Shown here piece by piece: positions 21,921 through 34,000 of a stretch of 64,000 nucleotides of DNA. The notes under the pieces are model-generated. The model did no database searches and was not told the DNA's origin. It saw only the letters and a program-made list of their open reading frames with translations. This DNA is from Isurus oxyrinchus (Eukaryota): positions 1,426,001-1,490,000 of the forward strand of contig JANJGN010000052.1 of the NCBI GenBank assembly GCA_026770705.1, read 5' to 3'. The translations under genes and the position numbers were made by a program. Each line of letters opens with the position of its first letter. Position 1 is the stretch's first letter.

Positions 21921-22439
21921 GCATTCTGACTGAGCCGTGTTCACAGTTACACACGTTGCTAGGGACCACTTTTCCGCCTCTCTGTCAGACTGTGTGTATC
22001 TGACAGCAGGTCAGGCAGAAATAGTCCAGAATGCGCTGTGGTTTTGTAGCATTGAAACAACGACATGAACTAAATGAGTGCTGCACCAAATAAAGACATG
22101 GAGTGACCACACCAAAAAACCACGTGACTTCCCCAGTTTCACATCTCCCTCAAACACAGAAAAACTGGGTTAACACTGACCCTCCTCCCAGAGCCAGTTC
22201 ACCTCGTGTCCGATGCAGTCAGGAGAGGAAGATCATCTCTCCTCCGATCCTGCTAAACTGAACATTTCCAGAATTAGATCAGCTCCCTGAAGTGTCTCCA
22301 GTTAGACATTCATCTGACAGGATTGACTCTACAACCCTGGGGACTCATTCTCCTGTAAGTAAAACACTTGCTGCTCCTGTCAAATCTCTTCTGTACAGCA
22401 TGGTCTCTGGATGTCCCAGAACACTTTACAGTTGAGTTC

Positions 22440-22670
22440 ACCCTTTTTTCGAAGTGTGGTTACTGTTGTAATGTAGGAAACGCAGCAGCCAATTAGCGCA
22501 CAGCAAGCTCCCACAAACAGCAATGTGATCATCTGTTTTTGGTGTGTTGGGTGAGGGATAAATATTGGTGCCAGGACACCGGGGAGATCTCCCCCCTGCT
22601 CTTCCTCCAAATAGTGGCTGTGGGATCTTTCACACCCGCCCGAGAGGGCAGACGGGGGACTCGGTTTAGT
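22440..22670 (-). mobile_element. DeuSINE (SacSINE1/AmnSINE1-like Deu domain) fragment
   Basis: gagggataaatattgg..caggacaccgggga..ctgctcttc..aaatagtg..gggatcttt..gagagggcagacgggg..ctcggttta matches the reverse complement of the Deu domain (recalled). Confidence 0.7.
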
Positions 22671-23441
22671 GTCTAATATTGGACTAATCTCCAGGCGAGG
22701 TTGGCTAGATGGTTTATTGACAAGGTCCATTCACCCTGTAAAGAGTTTCTCTGGTTTGAAATACCCGATCAAACATCGAGTTCTGTGTCTAAACCTTGTG
22801 TTGAAAAGACACCTTTCCAGCTCTTCACCTGCCATTAGCTTGTTGAGTCTTCACACGCTCCGTCTGTCCGTGACCAACCCCTCTTAGCTCATCCTTTCCT
22901 TGTCGTACATCGAGCTGTTCATCCTGATGGGTTCCCTCCTTCCCAGTAACACTCCATCTCCGACATCAAACTAACTCCCAACACGTTGATGAATTGTATG
23001 GATTCCAGCGTCAGTTGGTTCTGTCTGAGGCTGTTTCTCTGATCGGGGACCGAGCTGTTCTGAACGGACATTGTGTTCAGCAGTTCTTATTGCAGATCAG
23101 GCTGTTCAACCAATGCTGCTGTTCACTGAGGTGACTCCGATTCTACATTCACACATTAATGATCTCATGTCCAGCAGCAAACATCTGAATGAAGCCAGGT
23201 TCAAGAAAAAACCCAGCTGCTTGATCCGACAGTTATCTGTTCAGGCATGGCCCCTTGTTCCAAATAACAAACATTATTTAAAAATAGTCATCACACGAGC
23301 CTGGTTAACAAGGAAATGAAACTATCAACAATTTGCAGTGAAGTGAAACGTACAGGACTAATCTATTTATGTTGAGCTGATGATATAGAATTTTACACGA
23401 GGCATGTTGCTAATTTCACACATCATGTGAATTACGGCAGT

Positions 23442-24408
23442 CCTGACAGTGCAGCACTCCCTCAGTACTGACCCTCTGACAGTGCAGCACTCCCTCAGTA
23501 CTGACCGTACTACAGTGCAGCACCCCCTCAGTACTGACCCTCTGACAGTGCAGCACTCCCTCAGTACTGACCATACGACAGTGCAGCTCTCTCTCAGTAC
23601 TGACCCACTGACAATGCAGCACTCCCTCAGTACTGACTCTGTGACAGTGCAGCACTCCCTCAGTATTGACCCTCTGACAGTGCAGCACGCTCTCATTACT
23701 GACCCTCTGACAGTGAAGCACTCCCTCAGTACTGATCCTCTGACAGTGCAGCACTCCCTCAGTACTGACCCTCTGACAGTGCAGCACTCCGTCAGTACTG
23801 ACCCCCAAATAGTGCAGCACTCCCTAAGTACTGACACTCTGACAGTGCAGCACTCCCTCAGTACTGACCGTACTACAGTGCAGCACCCCCTCAGTACTGA
23901 CCCTCTGACAGTGCAGCACTCCCTCAGTACTGACCATACGACAGTGCAGCTCTCTCTCAGTACTGACCCACTGACAATGCAGCACTCCCTCAGTACTGAC
24001 TCTGTGACAGTGCAGCACTCCCTCAGTATTGACCCTCTGACAGTGCAGCACGCTCTCATTACTGACCCTCTGACAGTGAAGCACTCCCTCAGTACTGATC
24101 CTCTGACAGTGCAGCACTCCCTCAGTACTGACCCTCTGACAGTGCAGCACTCCGTCAGTACTGACCCCCAAATAGTGCAGCACTCCCTAAGTACTGACAC
24201 TCTGACAGTGCAGCACTCCCTCAGTACTGACCGTACTACAGTGCAGCACCCCCTCAGTACTGCCCCTCTGACAGTGCAGCTCTCCCTCAGTACTGACCGT
24301 ACGACAGCGCAGCACTCTCTCAGTACTGACCCATGACAGTGCAGCAACCCCTCTGTACTGACCCTCTGGCAGTGCAGCACTCCCCCAGTACTGACCCACT
24401 GACAGTGC
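23442..24408 (-). repeat. 33-bp minisatellite with a 363-bp (11-mer) higher-order repeat
   Basis: Variant ccgtactacagtg at 23505, 23868 and 24231. Confidence 0.95.
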
Positions 24409-27400
24409 CCATTCAGTCCCTTGAGCCTGTTACACAGGAACAGCAGGTGGCCCATTCAGGCGCTGGATCCTGTTATACAGGAAGAGGAGGAGGCCAATTC
24501 ATCTCCATGTACCTGTTACGTAGGAACAGGAGGAGGACCATTTACCCCCTCGAGACTTTTGCACAAGAACATATGGAGGTCCATTCAGCCCTCAAACATG
24601 TTACACAGTAACAGGAGAACCATTCATTCCCTCGAGCCTGTTACACAGGAACAGGAGGAGGCCCGTTCAGCCCCTCGAGCCTGTTACACAGGAACAGGAG
24701 GAGGCCCGTTCAGCCCCTCGAGCCTGTTACACAGGAACAGGAGGAGGTCTGTTCAGTCCTCCAGCCTGTTACACACGAACAGGAGGAGGTCCGTTCAGTC
24801 CCTCAAGCCTGTTACACACGAACAGGAGGAGGACCATTCTGTTCACTAAAGCCGGTAACAGGAACACGAGACCCATTCAGCCCCTCAACCCTGTTACACA
24901 GGAACAGGAGGAGGCCCACTTAGCCCCTCGAGACTTTTGCACAAGAACATGTGGAGGTCCATTCAGCCCTCAAACATGTTACACAGTAACAGGAGAACCA
25001 TTCATTCCCTCGAGCCTGTTACACAGGAACAGGAGGAGGCCCATTCAGCCCCTCGAGCCTGTTACACAGGAACAGGAGGAGGTCCGTTCAGTCCTCCAGC
25101 CTGTTACACACGAACAGGAGGAGGTCCGTTCAGTCCCTCAAGCCTGTTACACAGGAACAGGAGGAGGTCCGTTCAGTCCCTCAAGCCTGTTAGACACGAA
25201 CAGGAGGAGGCCCATTCCGCCCCTCGAGCCTGTTACACAGGAACAGGAGGAGGCCCATTCAGCCCCTCGAGCCTGTTACACAGGAACAGGAGGAGGTCCG
25301 TTCAGTCCCTCAAGCCTGTTAGACACGAACAGGAGGAGGCCCATTTCGCCCCTCGAGCCTGTTACACAGGAACAGGAGGAGGCCCATTCAGCCCCTCGAG
25401 CATGTTACACAGGAACAGGAGGAAGTCCATTCAACCCTCTCGATCCTTTCACGCAGGAACAGGTGGAGGCCCATTCTGTTCTTTGGGGCCTATTACACAG
25501 GAGCTTGAGACCCATTCAATCCCATCAAGCTTGTTACACAGGAACTGGAGGAGGCCCCTTCAGCCCCTCAAGCTTGTTTCAAGAGAAGAGGAGGAGGCCC
25601 ATTCAGCCCCTCGAGGCTTTTACACAAGGACATGTGGAGGTCCACTCAGCCCCTCAACCCTGTTACACTGGAAAAGGAGGAGGCCCATTCAGCCCCTCAA
25701 CCCTGTTACACTGGAAAAGGAGGAGGCCCATTCAGCCCCTCGAGCCTGTTACACAATAACAGGAGGAAGCCCATTCAGCCCCTCAAGCCTGTTACACAGC
25801 AACAGGAGGAGGCCCATTCAGCCCCCTCGAGCCTGTTACACAGGAACAGGAGGAGGCCCATTCAGCCCCTCAAGCCTGTTACACAGCAACAGGAGGAGGC
25901 CCATTTAGCTCCTCAAGCCTGTTACACAGCAACAGGAGGAGGCCCATTCAGCCCCTCAAGCTTGTTTCAGGAGAAGAGGCGGAGTCCCACTCAGAGCCTC
26001 GAGGCTTTTACACAAGAACAACTGGAGGAACACTCAGCCTCTCAATCCTGTTACACAGTAACAGGAGAACCATTCAGCCCCTCGAGCCTGTTTCAAAAGA
26101 ACAGGAGGAGGCCCATTCATCTCCATGAACCTGTTACTCAGGAACAGAAGGAGGCCCATTTGCCTCATGAGCCTGTTACACAGGAACAAGTGGAGGTCCA
26201 CTTAGCCCCTCAACCATGTTACACAGTAACAGGAGAACCATTCATTTCCTCGAGTCTGTTACACAGGAACAGGAGGAGGCCCATTCAGCCCCTCGAGCCT
26301 GTTACACAGGAACAGGAGGAGACCCATTCAGCCCCTCGAGCCTGTTACACAGGAACAGGAGGAGACCCATTCAGCCCCTTGAGCCTGTTACACAGGAACA
26401 GGAAGAGGCCCATTCAGTCCCCTTGAACCTGTTTAACAGGAACAGGAGGAGGCCCATTCAGCCCCTCAAGCCTGTTACACAGGAACAGGAGGAGGCCCAT
26501 TCAGCCCCTCGAGCCTGTTACACAATAACAGGAGGAAGCCCATTCAGCCCCTCAAGCCTGTTACACAGCAACAGGAGGAGGCCCATTCAGCCCCTCAAGC
26601 TTGTTTCAGGAGAAGAGGCGGAGTCCCACTCAGAGCCTCGAGGCTTTTACACAAGAACAACTGGAGGAACACTCAGCCTCTCAATCCTGTTACACAGTAA
26701 CAGGAGAACCATTCATTCCCTCGAGATTGTTACACAGGAACAGGAGGAGGCCCATTCAGCCCCCTCGACCCTGTTACACAGGAACAGGAGGAGGCCCATT
26801 CAGCTCCTCAAGCTTGTTGTAATAGAAGAGGAGGAGGCCTACTCATCCAAACGAGGCTTTTACACAAGAACAAGTGGAGGACCACTCAGCCCCTCAACCC
26901 TGTTACACAATAACAGGAGAACCATTCATTCCCTCAAGCCTGATACACAGGAACAGGAGGAGGCCCATTCAGCCCCCTCGACCCTGTTACACAGGAACAG
27001 AAGGAGGCCCATTCAGCCCCCTCGAGCCTGTTACACAGGCACAGGATGAGGTCCATTCAGCCCCTCGAGCCTGTTACACAGGAACAGGAAGAGGCCCATT
27101 CAGTCCCTCAAACCTGTTACACAGGAACAGGAGGAGGCCCATTCAGCCCCTCGAGCCTGTTACACAGGAATAGGAGGAGGCCCATTCAGTCCCTCAGACT
27201 TGTTACACAGGAACCGGAGGAGGCCCCTTCAGCACCTCAAGCTTGTTTCAGGAGAAGAGGCGGAGTCCCAATCAGCCCCTCGTGGCTTTTACACAGGAAC
27301 AAGTGGAGGACCACTCAGCCCCTCAACCCTGTTACATAGGAACAGGAGAACCATTCATTCCCGCGAGCCTGTTACACAGGAACAGGAGGAGGCCCATTCA

Positions 27401-28606
27401 GTCCCTCGAGCCTGTTACACAGGAACAGGAGGAGGCCCATTCAGTTCCTCAAGCCTGTTACACGGGAACAGGAGGAGGCCCATTCAGCCCCCTCGAGCTT
27501 GTTACACAGGAACAGGAGGAGGTCCATTCAGTCCCTCGAGCCTGTTACACAGGAACAGGAGGAGGCCCATTCAGCCCCTTGAGCCTGTTACACAGGAACA
27601 GGAGGAGTCCCATTCTGTTCGTTGGGGCTTGTTACACAGGAACATGAGACCCATTAAGTCTCATCAAGCATGTTACACAGGAACTGGAGGAGGCCCCTTC
27701 AGACCATCAAGCTTGTTTCAAGAGAAGAGGAGGAGGCCCACTCAGCCCCTCGAGGCTTTTACACAAGAACAAGTGGAGGTCCACTCAGCCCCTCAGCCAT
27801 GTTACACAGTAACAGGAGAACCATTCATTCCCTCAAGCCTGTTATGCAGGAACAGGAGGAGGCCCATTCAGTCCCAGGAGCCTGTTATATGGGAACAAGA
27901 GGAGGCCCATTCAGCCCCCTCGAGCCTGTTACACAGGAACAGGAGGAAGCCTATTCAGCTCCTCAAGCCTGTTTCACAGGAACAGGAGGAAGCCTATTCA
28001 TCTCCCTGAACATGTTACACAGGAACAGGAGGAGGCCCATTCAGCCCCCTCGACCCTGTTACACAGGAACAGGAGGAGGCCTATTCAGCCCCCTCGAGCC
28101 TGTTGCACAGGAACAGGAGGAGGCCCATTCAGCCCCTCAAGCCTGTTACACAGGAACAGGAGGAGGCACATTCAGCCCCCTTGACCCTGTTACACAGGAA
28201 GAGGAGGAGGCCCATTCAGCCCCTCAGGCCTATTACACAGGAACAGGAGGAGGCCCATTCAGCCCCTCAAAATTGTTTCAAGAGAAGAGGAGGAGGCCCA
28301 CGCAGCCCGTCGATCCTGTTACACAGGAACAGGAGGAGGCCCATTCAGCCCATCGATCCTTTTACACATGAACAGGAGACCCATTCAGCCCTATCAAGCT
28401 TGTTACACAGGAACAAGAGGAGGTCCATCCAGCCCCCTCAAGCCTGTTACACAGGGACAGGAGAAGGTCCACTCAGCCCCTCAAGACTGTTTCACAATAT
28501 GAGGAGGAGGCCCACTCAGCTCCATGAGGCTTTTACATAATAACAGGAGGAGGCCCATTCAGCCCCTCGAGCCTGTTACACAGGAACAGGAGGAGGCCCA
28601 TTCAGC
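24407..28606. repeat. 43-bp minisatellite (CCTGTTACACAGGAACAGGAGGAGGCCCATTCAGCCCCTCGAG), ~95-100 copies
   Basis: Direct tandem repeats, 43-bp spacing (e.g. 24637, 24680). Confidence 0.97.
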
Positions 28607-29020
28607 AGTCCCTCAGAACTGACACTCTGACAGTGCGGCACTCCCTCAGTGCTGACAATCTGACAGTGCAGCACTCCCTCAGTACTGACCCTCCGACAGT
28701 GCAGCACTCCCTCAGTACTGACCGTCTGACAGTGCAGCACTCCCTCAGTACTGAACCTCTGACCGTGCAGCACTCCCTCAGTACTGATCCTATGACAGTG
28801 CGGCACTCCCTCAGCATTGACCTTCTGACAGTGCAGCACTCCCTCAGTACTGACCCTCTGACAGTGCAGCAGACGCTCAGTATTGACCATCTGACAGTGC
28901 AGCCCTCTCTCAGTACTGACCATACGACAGTGCAGCATTCCCTCAGTACTGACCCTCTGACAGTGCAGCACTGCCTCAGCACTGACCCTCTGACAGTGCA
29001 GCACTCCCTCAGCACTCCCT
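28603..29020 (-). repeat. 33-bp minisatellite, continuation of the 23442 array
   Basis: Same unit and orientation. Confidence 0.95.
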
Positions 29021-29085
29021 CACTGGGGAGAATCTGCCTGTGTTTTCAGCTGAAAACATGAGCAGGTCTTAAAACCTTCCGTATC

Positions 29086-32000
29086 AGAGAGAGAGAGAGA
29101 GTGTCTGAGAGAAAGAGAGAGTGAGAGACAGAGAGACTGTGTGAGAGAGAAAAAGAAAGAGAGACAGTGTGTGCGTGTATGAGGGAGAGTGTGCGTGCGT
29201 GAGAGAGAGAGTGTGAGTGTGAGGGACAGAGTGTGGGTGAGAGAGAGTGTGTGTGTGAGAGAGTGTGTGTGAGAGAGAGTGTGTGTGTGAGAGAGAGAGT
29301 GTGTGTGAGAGAGAGTGTGGGTGTGTGATGGAAAGTGTGTGTGTGTGAGGGAGAGAGTCTGCGTGTGAGAGAGATTGTGTGTGTGAGGGAGAGACTGTGT
29401 GTGAGGGAGAGAGAGTGTATGTGAGAGAGTGTGTGAGAGAGAGAGTGTGTGTGTGTGAGGGATAGATTGTGTGTGAGGGAGAGAGAGTGTCTGTGAGAGA
29501 GTGTGTGAGAGAGAGAGTGTGTGTGTATGAGGGAGAGAGTGTGTGTGTGACAGAGAGAGGGTGTGAGAGAGAGAGAGAGAGCAGAAGAGTGCGATAGAGA
29601 GAGATTGTGAGTGTCAGAGAGAGAATGTGGGCGAGAGAGAGGGATCGAGCAGAAGAGTGTGATAGAGAGAGACTGTGAGTGTTAGAGAGAGAATGTGTGT
29701 GTGTGAGAGAGAGAGATCGAGCAGAAGAGTGTGATAGAGAGAGATTGTGAGTGTTAGAGAGAGAATGTGTGTGTGTGAGAGAGAGATAGAGCAGAACAGT
29801 GAGATAGAGAGAGATTGTGAGTGTTAGAGAGAGAATGTGTGTGTGTGTGTGTGAGAGAGAGATAGAGCAGAAGACTGTGATAGAGAGAGATTGTGAGTGT
29901 TAGAGAGAGAATGTGTGTGTGTGTGTGAGAGATAGAGCAGAAGAGTGCGATAGAGAGAGATTGTGAGAGTTAGAGAATATGTGTGAGAGAGAGAGAGAGA
30001 TAGAGCAGAAGAGTGTGATAGAGAGAGATTGTGAGTGTTAGAGAGAGAATGTGTGTGTGAGAGAGAGAGAGATAGAGCAGAAGAGTGCGATAGAGAGAGA
30101 TTGTGAGTGTTGGAGAGAGAATGTGTGTGTGTGAGAGAGATACAGCAGAAGAGTGTGATAGAGAGAGATTGTGAGTGTTAGAGAGAGAATGTGTGTTTGT
30201 GAGAGAGAGAGAGAGCAGTAGAGTGCGATAGAGAGAGATTGTGTTTGTTAGAGAGAGAATGTGTGTGTGTGAGAGAGAGAGAGAGAGAAGAGTGCGATAG
30301 AGAGAGATTGTCAGTGTTAGAGAGAGAATGTAGGTGTGAGAGAGAGAGAGATAGAGCAGAAGAGTGCGATCGAGAGAGATTGTGAGTGTTAGAGAGAGAA
30401 TGTGTGTGTGAGAGAGAGAGATAGAGCAGAAGAGTGCGATAGAGAGAGATTGTGAGTGTTAGAGAGAGAATGTGTGTGTGTGAGAGAGAGAGAGAGAGCA
30501 GAAGAGTGTGATAGAGAGAGATTGTGAGTGTTAGAGAGAGAATGTGTGTGTGTGTGAGAGAGAGAGATAGAGCACAAGAGTGTGATAGAGAGAGATTGTG
30601 AGTGTTAGAGAGAGAATGTGTGTGTGTGAGAGAGAGAGATAGAGCAGAAGAGTGTGATAGAGAGAGATTGTGAGTGTTAGAGAGAGAATGTGTGTGAGTG
30701 AGAGAGAGAGAGATAGAGCAGAAGAGTGCGATAGAGAGAGATTGTGAGTGTTAGGGAATATGTGTGAGAGAGAGATAGAGCAGAAGAGTATGATAGAGAG
30801 AGATTGTGAGTGTTAGAGAGAGAATGTGTGTGAGAGAGAGAGAGAGATAGAGCAGAAGAGTGTGATAGAGAGAGATTGTGAGTGTTAGAGAGAGAATGTG
30901 TGTGAGAGAGAGAGAGAGATAGAGCAGAAGAGTGCGATAGAGAGAGATTGTGAGTGTTAGAGAGAGAAGGTGTGTGTGTGAGAGAGAGAGAGTGAGCAGA
31001 AGAGTGTGATAGAGAGAGATTGTGAGTGTTAGAGAGAGAATGTGTGTGTGAGAGAGAGAGAGAGATAGAGCAGAAGAGTGTGATAGAGAGAGATTGTGTG
31101 TGTTACAGAGAGAATGTGTGTGTGTGAGAGAGAGAGAGATAGAGCAGAAGAGAGCGATAGAGAGAGATTGTGAGTGTTAGAGAGAGAATGTGTGTGAGAG
31201 AGAGAGAGATAGAGCAGAAGAGTGCAATAGAGAGAGATTGTGAGTGTTAGAGAGAGAAGGTGTGTGTGTGAGAGAGAGAGATAGAGCAGAAGAGTGTGAT
31301 AGAGAGAGATTGTGAGTGTTAGAGAGAGAATGTGTGTGTGAGAGAGAGAGAGAGATAGAGCAGAAGAGTGTGATAGAGAGAGATTGTGTGTGTTACAGAG
31401 AGAATGTGTGTGTGTGAGAGAGAGAGAGATAGAGCAGAAGAGTGCGATAGAGAGAGATTGTGAGTGTTAGGGAGAGAACGTGTGTGTGAGAGAGATAGAG
31501 CAGAAGATTTTGATAGAGAGAGATTGTGAGTGTTAGAGAGAGAATGTGGGTGAGAGAGAGAGATAGAGCAGAAGAGTGCGATAGAGAGAGATTGTGAGTG
31601 TTAGAGAGCAAATGTGTGCGTGTGTGTGTGTGTGAGAGAGAGAGATAGAGCAGAAGATTGTGATAGAGAGAGATTGTGAGTGTAAGAGAGAGAATGTGTG
31701 AGAGAGAGAGAGAGAGATCGAGCAGAGGAGTGTGATAGAGAGAGATTGTGAGTGTTAGAGAGAGAATGTGTGTGTGTGAGAGAGAGAGATAGAGCAGAAG
31801 AGTGTGATAGAGAGAGATTGTGAGTGTTAGAGAGAGAATGTGTGTGAGAGAGAGAGAGATAGAGCAGAAGAGTGCGATAGAGAGAGATTGTGAGTGTTAG
31901 AGAGAGAAGGTGTGTGTGTGAGAGAGAGAGATAGAGCAGAAGAGTGTGATAGAGAGAGATTGTGAGTGTTAGAGAGAGAATGTGTGTGTGTGAGAGAGAG

Positions 32001-33969
32001 AGAGATAGAGCAGAAGAGTGCGATAGAGAGAGATTGTGAGTGTTAGGGAGAGAACGTGTGTGTGAGAGAGATAGAGCAGAAGATTTTGATAGAGAGAGAT
32101 TGTGAGTGTTAGAGAGAGAATGTGGGTGAGAGAGAGAGATAGAGCAGAAGAGTGCAATAGGGAGAGATTGTGAGTGTTGGAGAGAGAATGTGTGTGTGTG
32201 AGAGAGAGAGATAGAGCAGAAGAGTGTGATAGAGAGAGATTGTGAGTGTTAGAGAGCAAATGTGTGCGTGTGTGTGTGTGAGAGAGAGAGATAGAGCTGA
32301 AGATTGTGATAGAGAGAGATTGTGAGGGTAAGAGAGAGAATGTGTGTGTGAGAGGGAGAGATAGAGCAGAAGAGTGTGATAGAGAGAGATTGTGAGTGTT
32401 AGAGAGAGAATGTGTGTGTGTGTGTGAGAGAGATAGAGCAGAAGAGTGTGATAGAGAGAGATTGTGAGTGTTAGAAAGAGAATATGTGTGAGAGAGAGAG
32501 AGAGATAGAGCAGAAGAGTGTGATAGAGAGAGATTGTGAGTGTTAGAGAGAGAATGTGTGTGTGTGTGAGAGAGAGAAGAGCAGAAGAGTGTGATAGAGA
32601 TTGTGAGTGTTAGAGAGAGAATGTGTGAGAGAGAGAGAGAGATCGAGCAGAGGAGTGTGATAGAGAGAGATTGTGAGTGTTAGAGAGAGAATGTGTGTGT
32701 GTGAGAGAGAGAGATAGAGCAGAAGAGTGTGATAGAGAGAGATTGTGAGTGTTAGAGAGAGAATGTGTGTGTGAGAGAGAGAGATAGAGCAGAAGAGTAC
32801 GATAGAGAGAGATTGTGAGTGTCAGAGAGAGAATGTGTGTGAGTGAGAGAGAGAGATAGAGCAGAAGAGTGGGATAGAGAGAGATTGTGAGTCTTAGAGA
32901 GAGAATGTGTGTGTGAGAGGGAGAGAGATAGAGCAAAAGAGTGTGATAGTGAGAGATTGTGAGTGTTAGAGAATATGTGTGAGAGAGAGAGAGATGGAGC
33001 AGAAGAGTGTGATAGAGAGAGATTGTGAGTGTTAGAGAGAGAATGTGTGTGTGTGAGAGAGAAAGATAGAGCAGAGGAGTGTGATAGAGAGGGACTGAGT
33101 GTTAGAGAGAGAATGTGTGTGAGAGAGAGAGAGATAGAGCAGAAGAGTGTGATAGTGAGAGATTGTGAGTGTTAGAGAGAGAATGCGTGTGAGAGAGAGA
33201 GAGATAGAGCAGAAGAGAGCGATAGAGAGAGATTGTGAGTGTTAGAGAGAGAATGTGTGTGTGTGAGAGAGAGAGATAGAGCAGAAGAGTGTGATAGAGT
33301 GAGATTGTGAGTGTTAGAGAGAGAATGTGTGTGTGTGAGAGAGAGAGAGAGAGCAGAAGAGTGCGATAGAGAGAGATTGTGAGTGCTAGAGAGAGAAACT
33401 GTGTGTGTGAGAGAGAGAGATAGAGCAGAGGAGTGTGATGGAGAGAGATTGTGAGTGTTAGAGAGAGAATGTGTGTGTGAGAGAGAGAGAGAGATAGAGC
33501 AGAAGATTGCGACAGAGAGAGATTGTGAGTGTTAGAAAGAGAATGTGTGTGTGTGAGAGAGAGAGATAGAGCAGAAGAGTGTGATAGAGAGAGATTGTGA
33601 GTGTTAGAGAGAGAATGTGTGTGTGTGAGAGAGAGAGAGATAGAGCAGAAGAGTGTGATAGAGAGAGATTGTGTTTGTTAGAGAGAGAATGTGTGTGTGA
33701 GAGAGAGAGATAGAGCAGAAGAGTGTGATAGAGAGAGATTGTGAGTGTTAGAGACCGGAATGTGTGTGTGAGAGAGAGATAGAGCAGAAGAGTGCGATAG
33801 AGAGAGATTGTGAGTGTTAGAGAGAGAATGTGTGTGTGTGAGAGAGAGATAGAGCAGAAGAGTGTGATAGAGAGAGATTGTGAGTGTTAGAGAGAGAATG
33901 TGTGTGTGTGAGAGAGACAGATAGAGCAGAAGAGTGTGATAGAGAGAGATTGTGAGTGTTAGAGAAATA

Positions 33970-34000
<31 letters not shown>

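Noticed and set aside
24421-28540. Long ORFs with EPVTQEQEEAHSAP / RACYTGTGGGPFSP repeats
   Set aside because: The 43-bp unit lacks stops and cycles through all frames; frequent frameshifts show no coding constraint.
24407-28606. CRISPR-like appearance of regular repeats
   Set aside because: No unique spacers, no cas genes, eukaryotic context.
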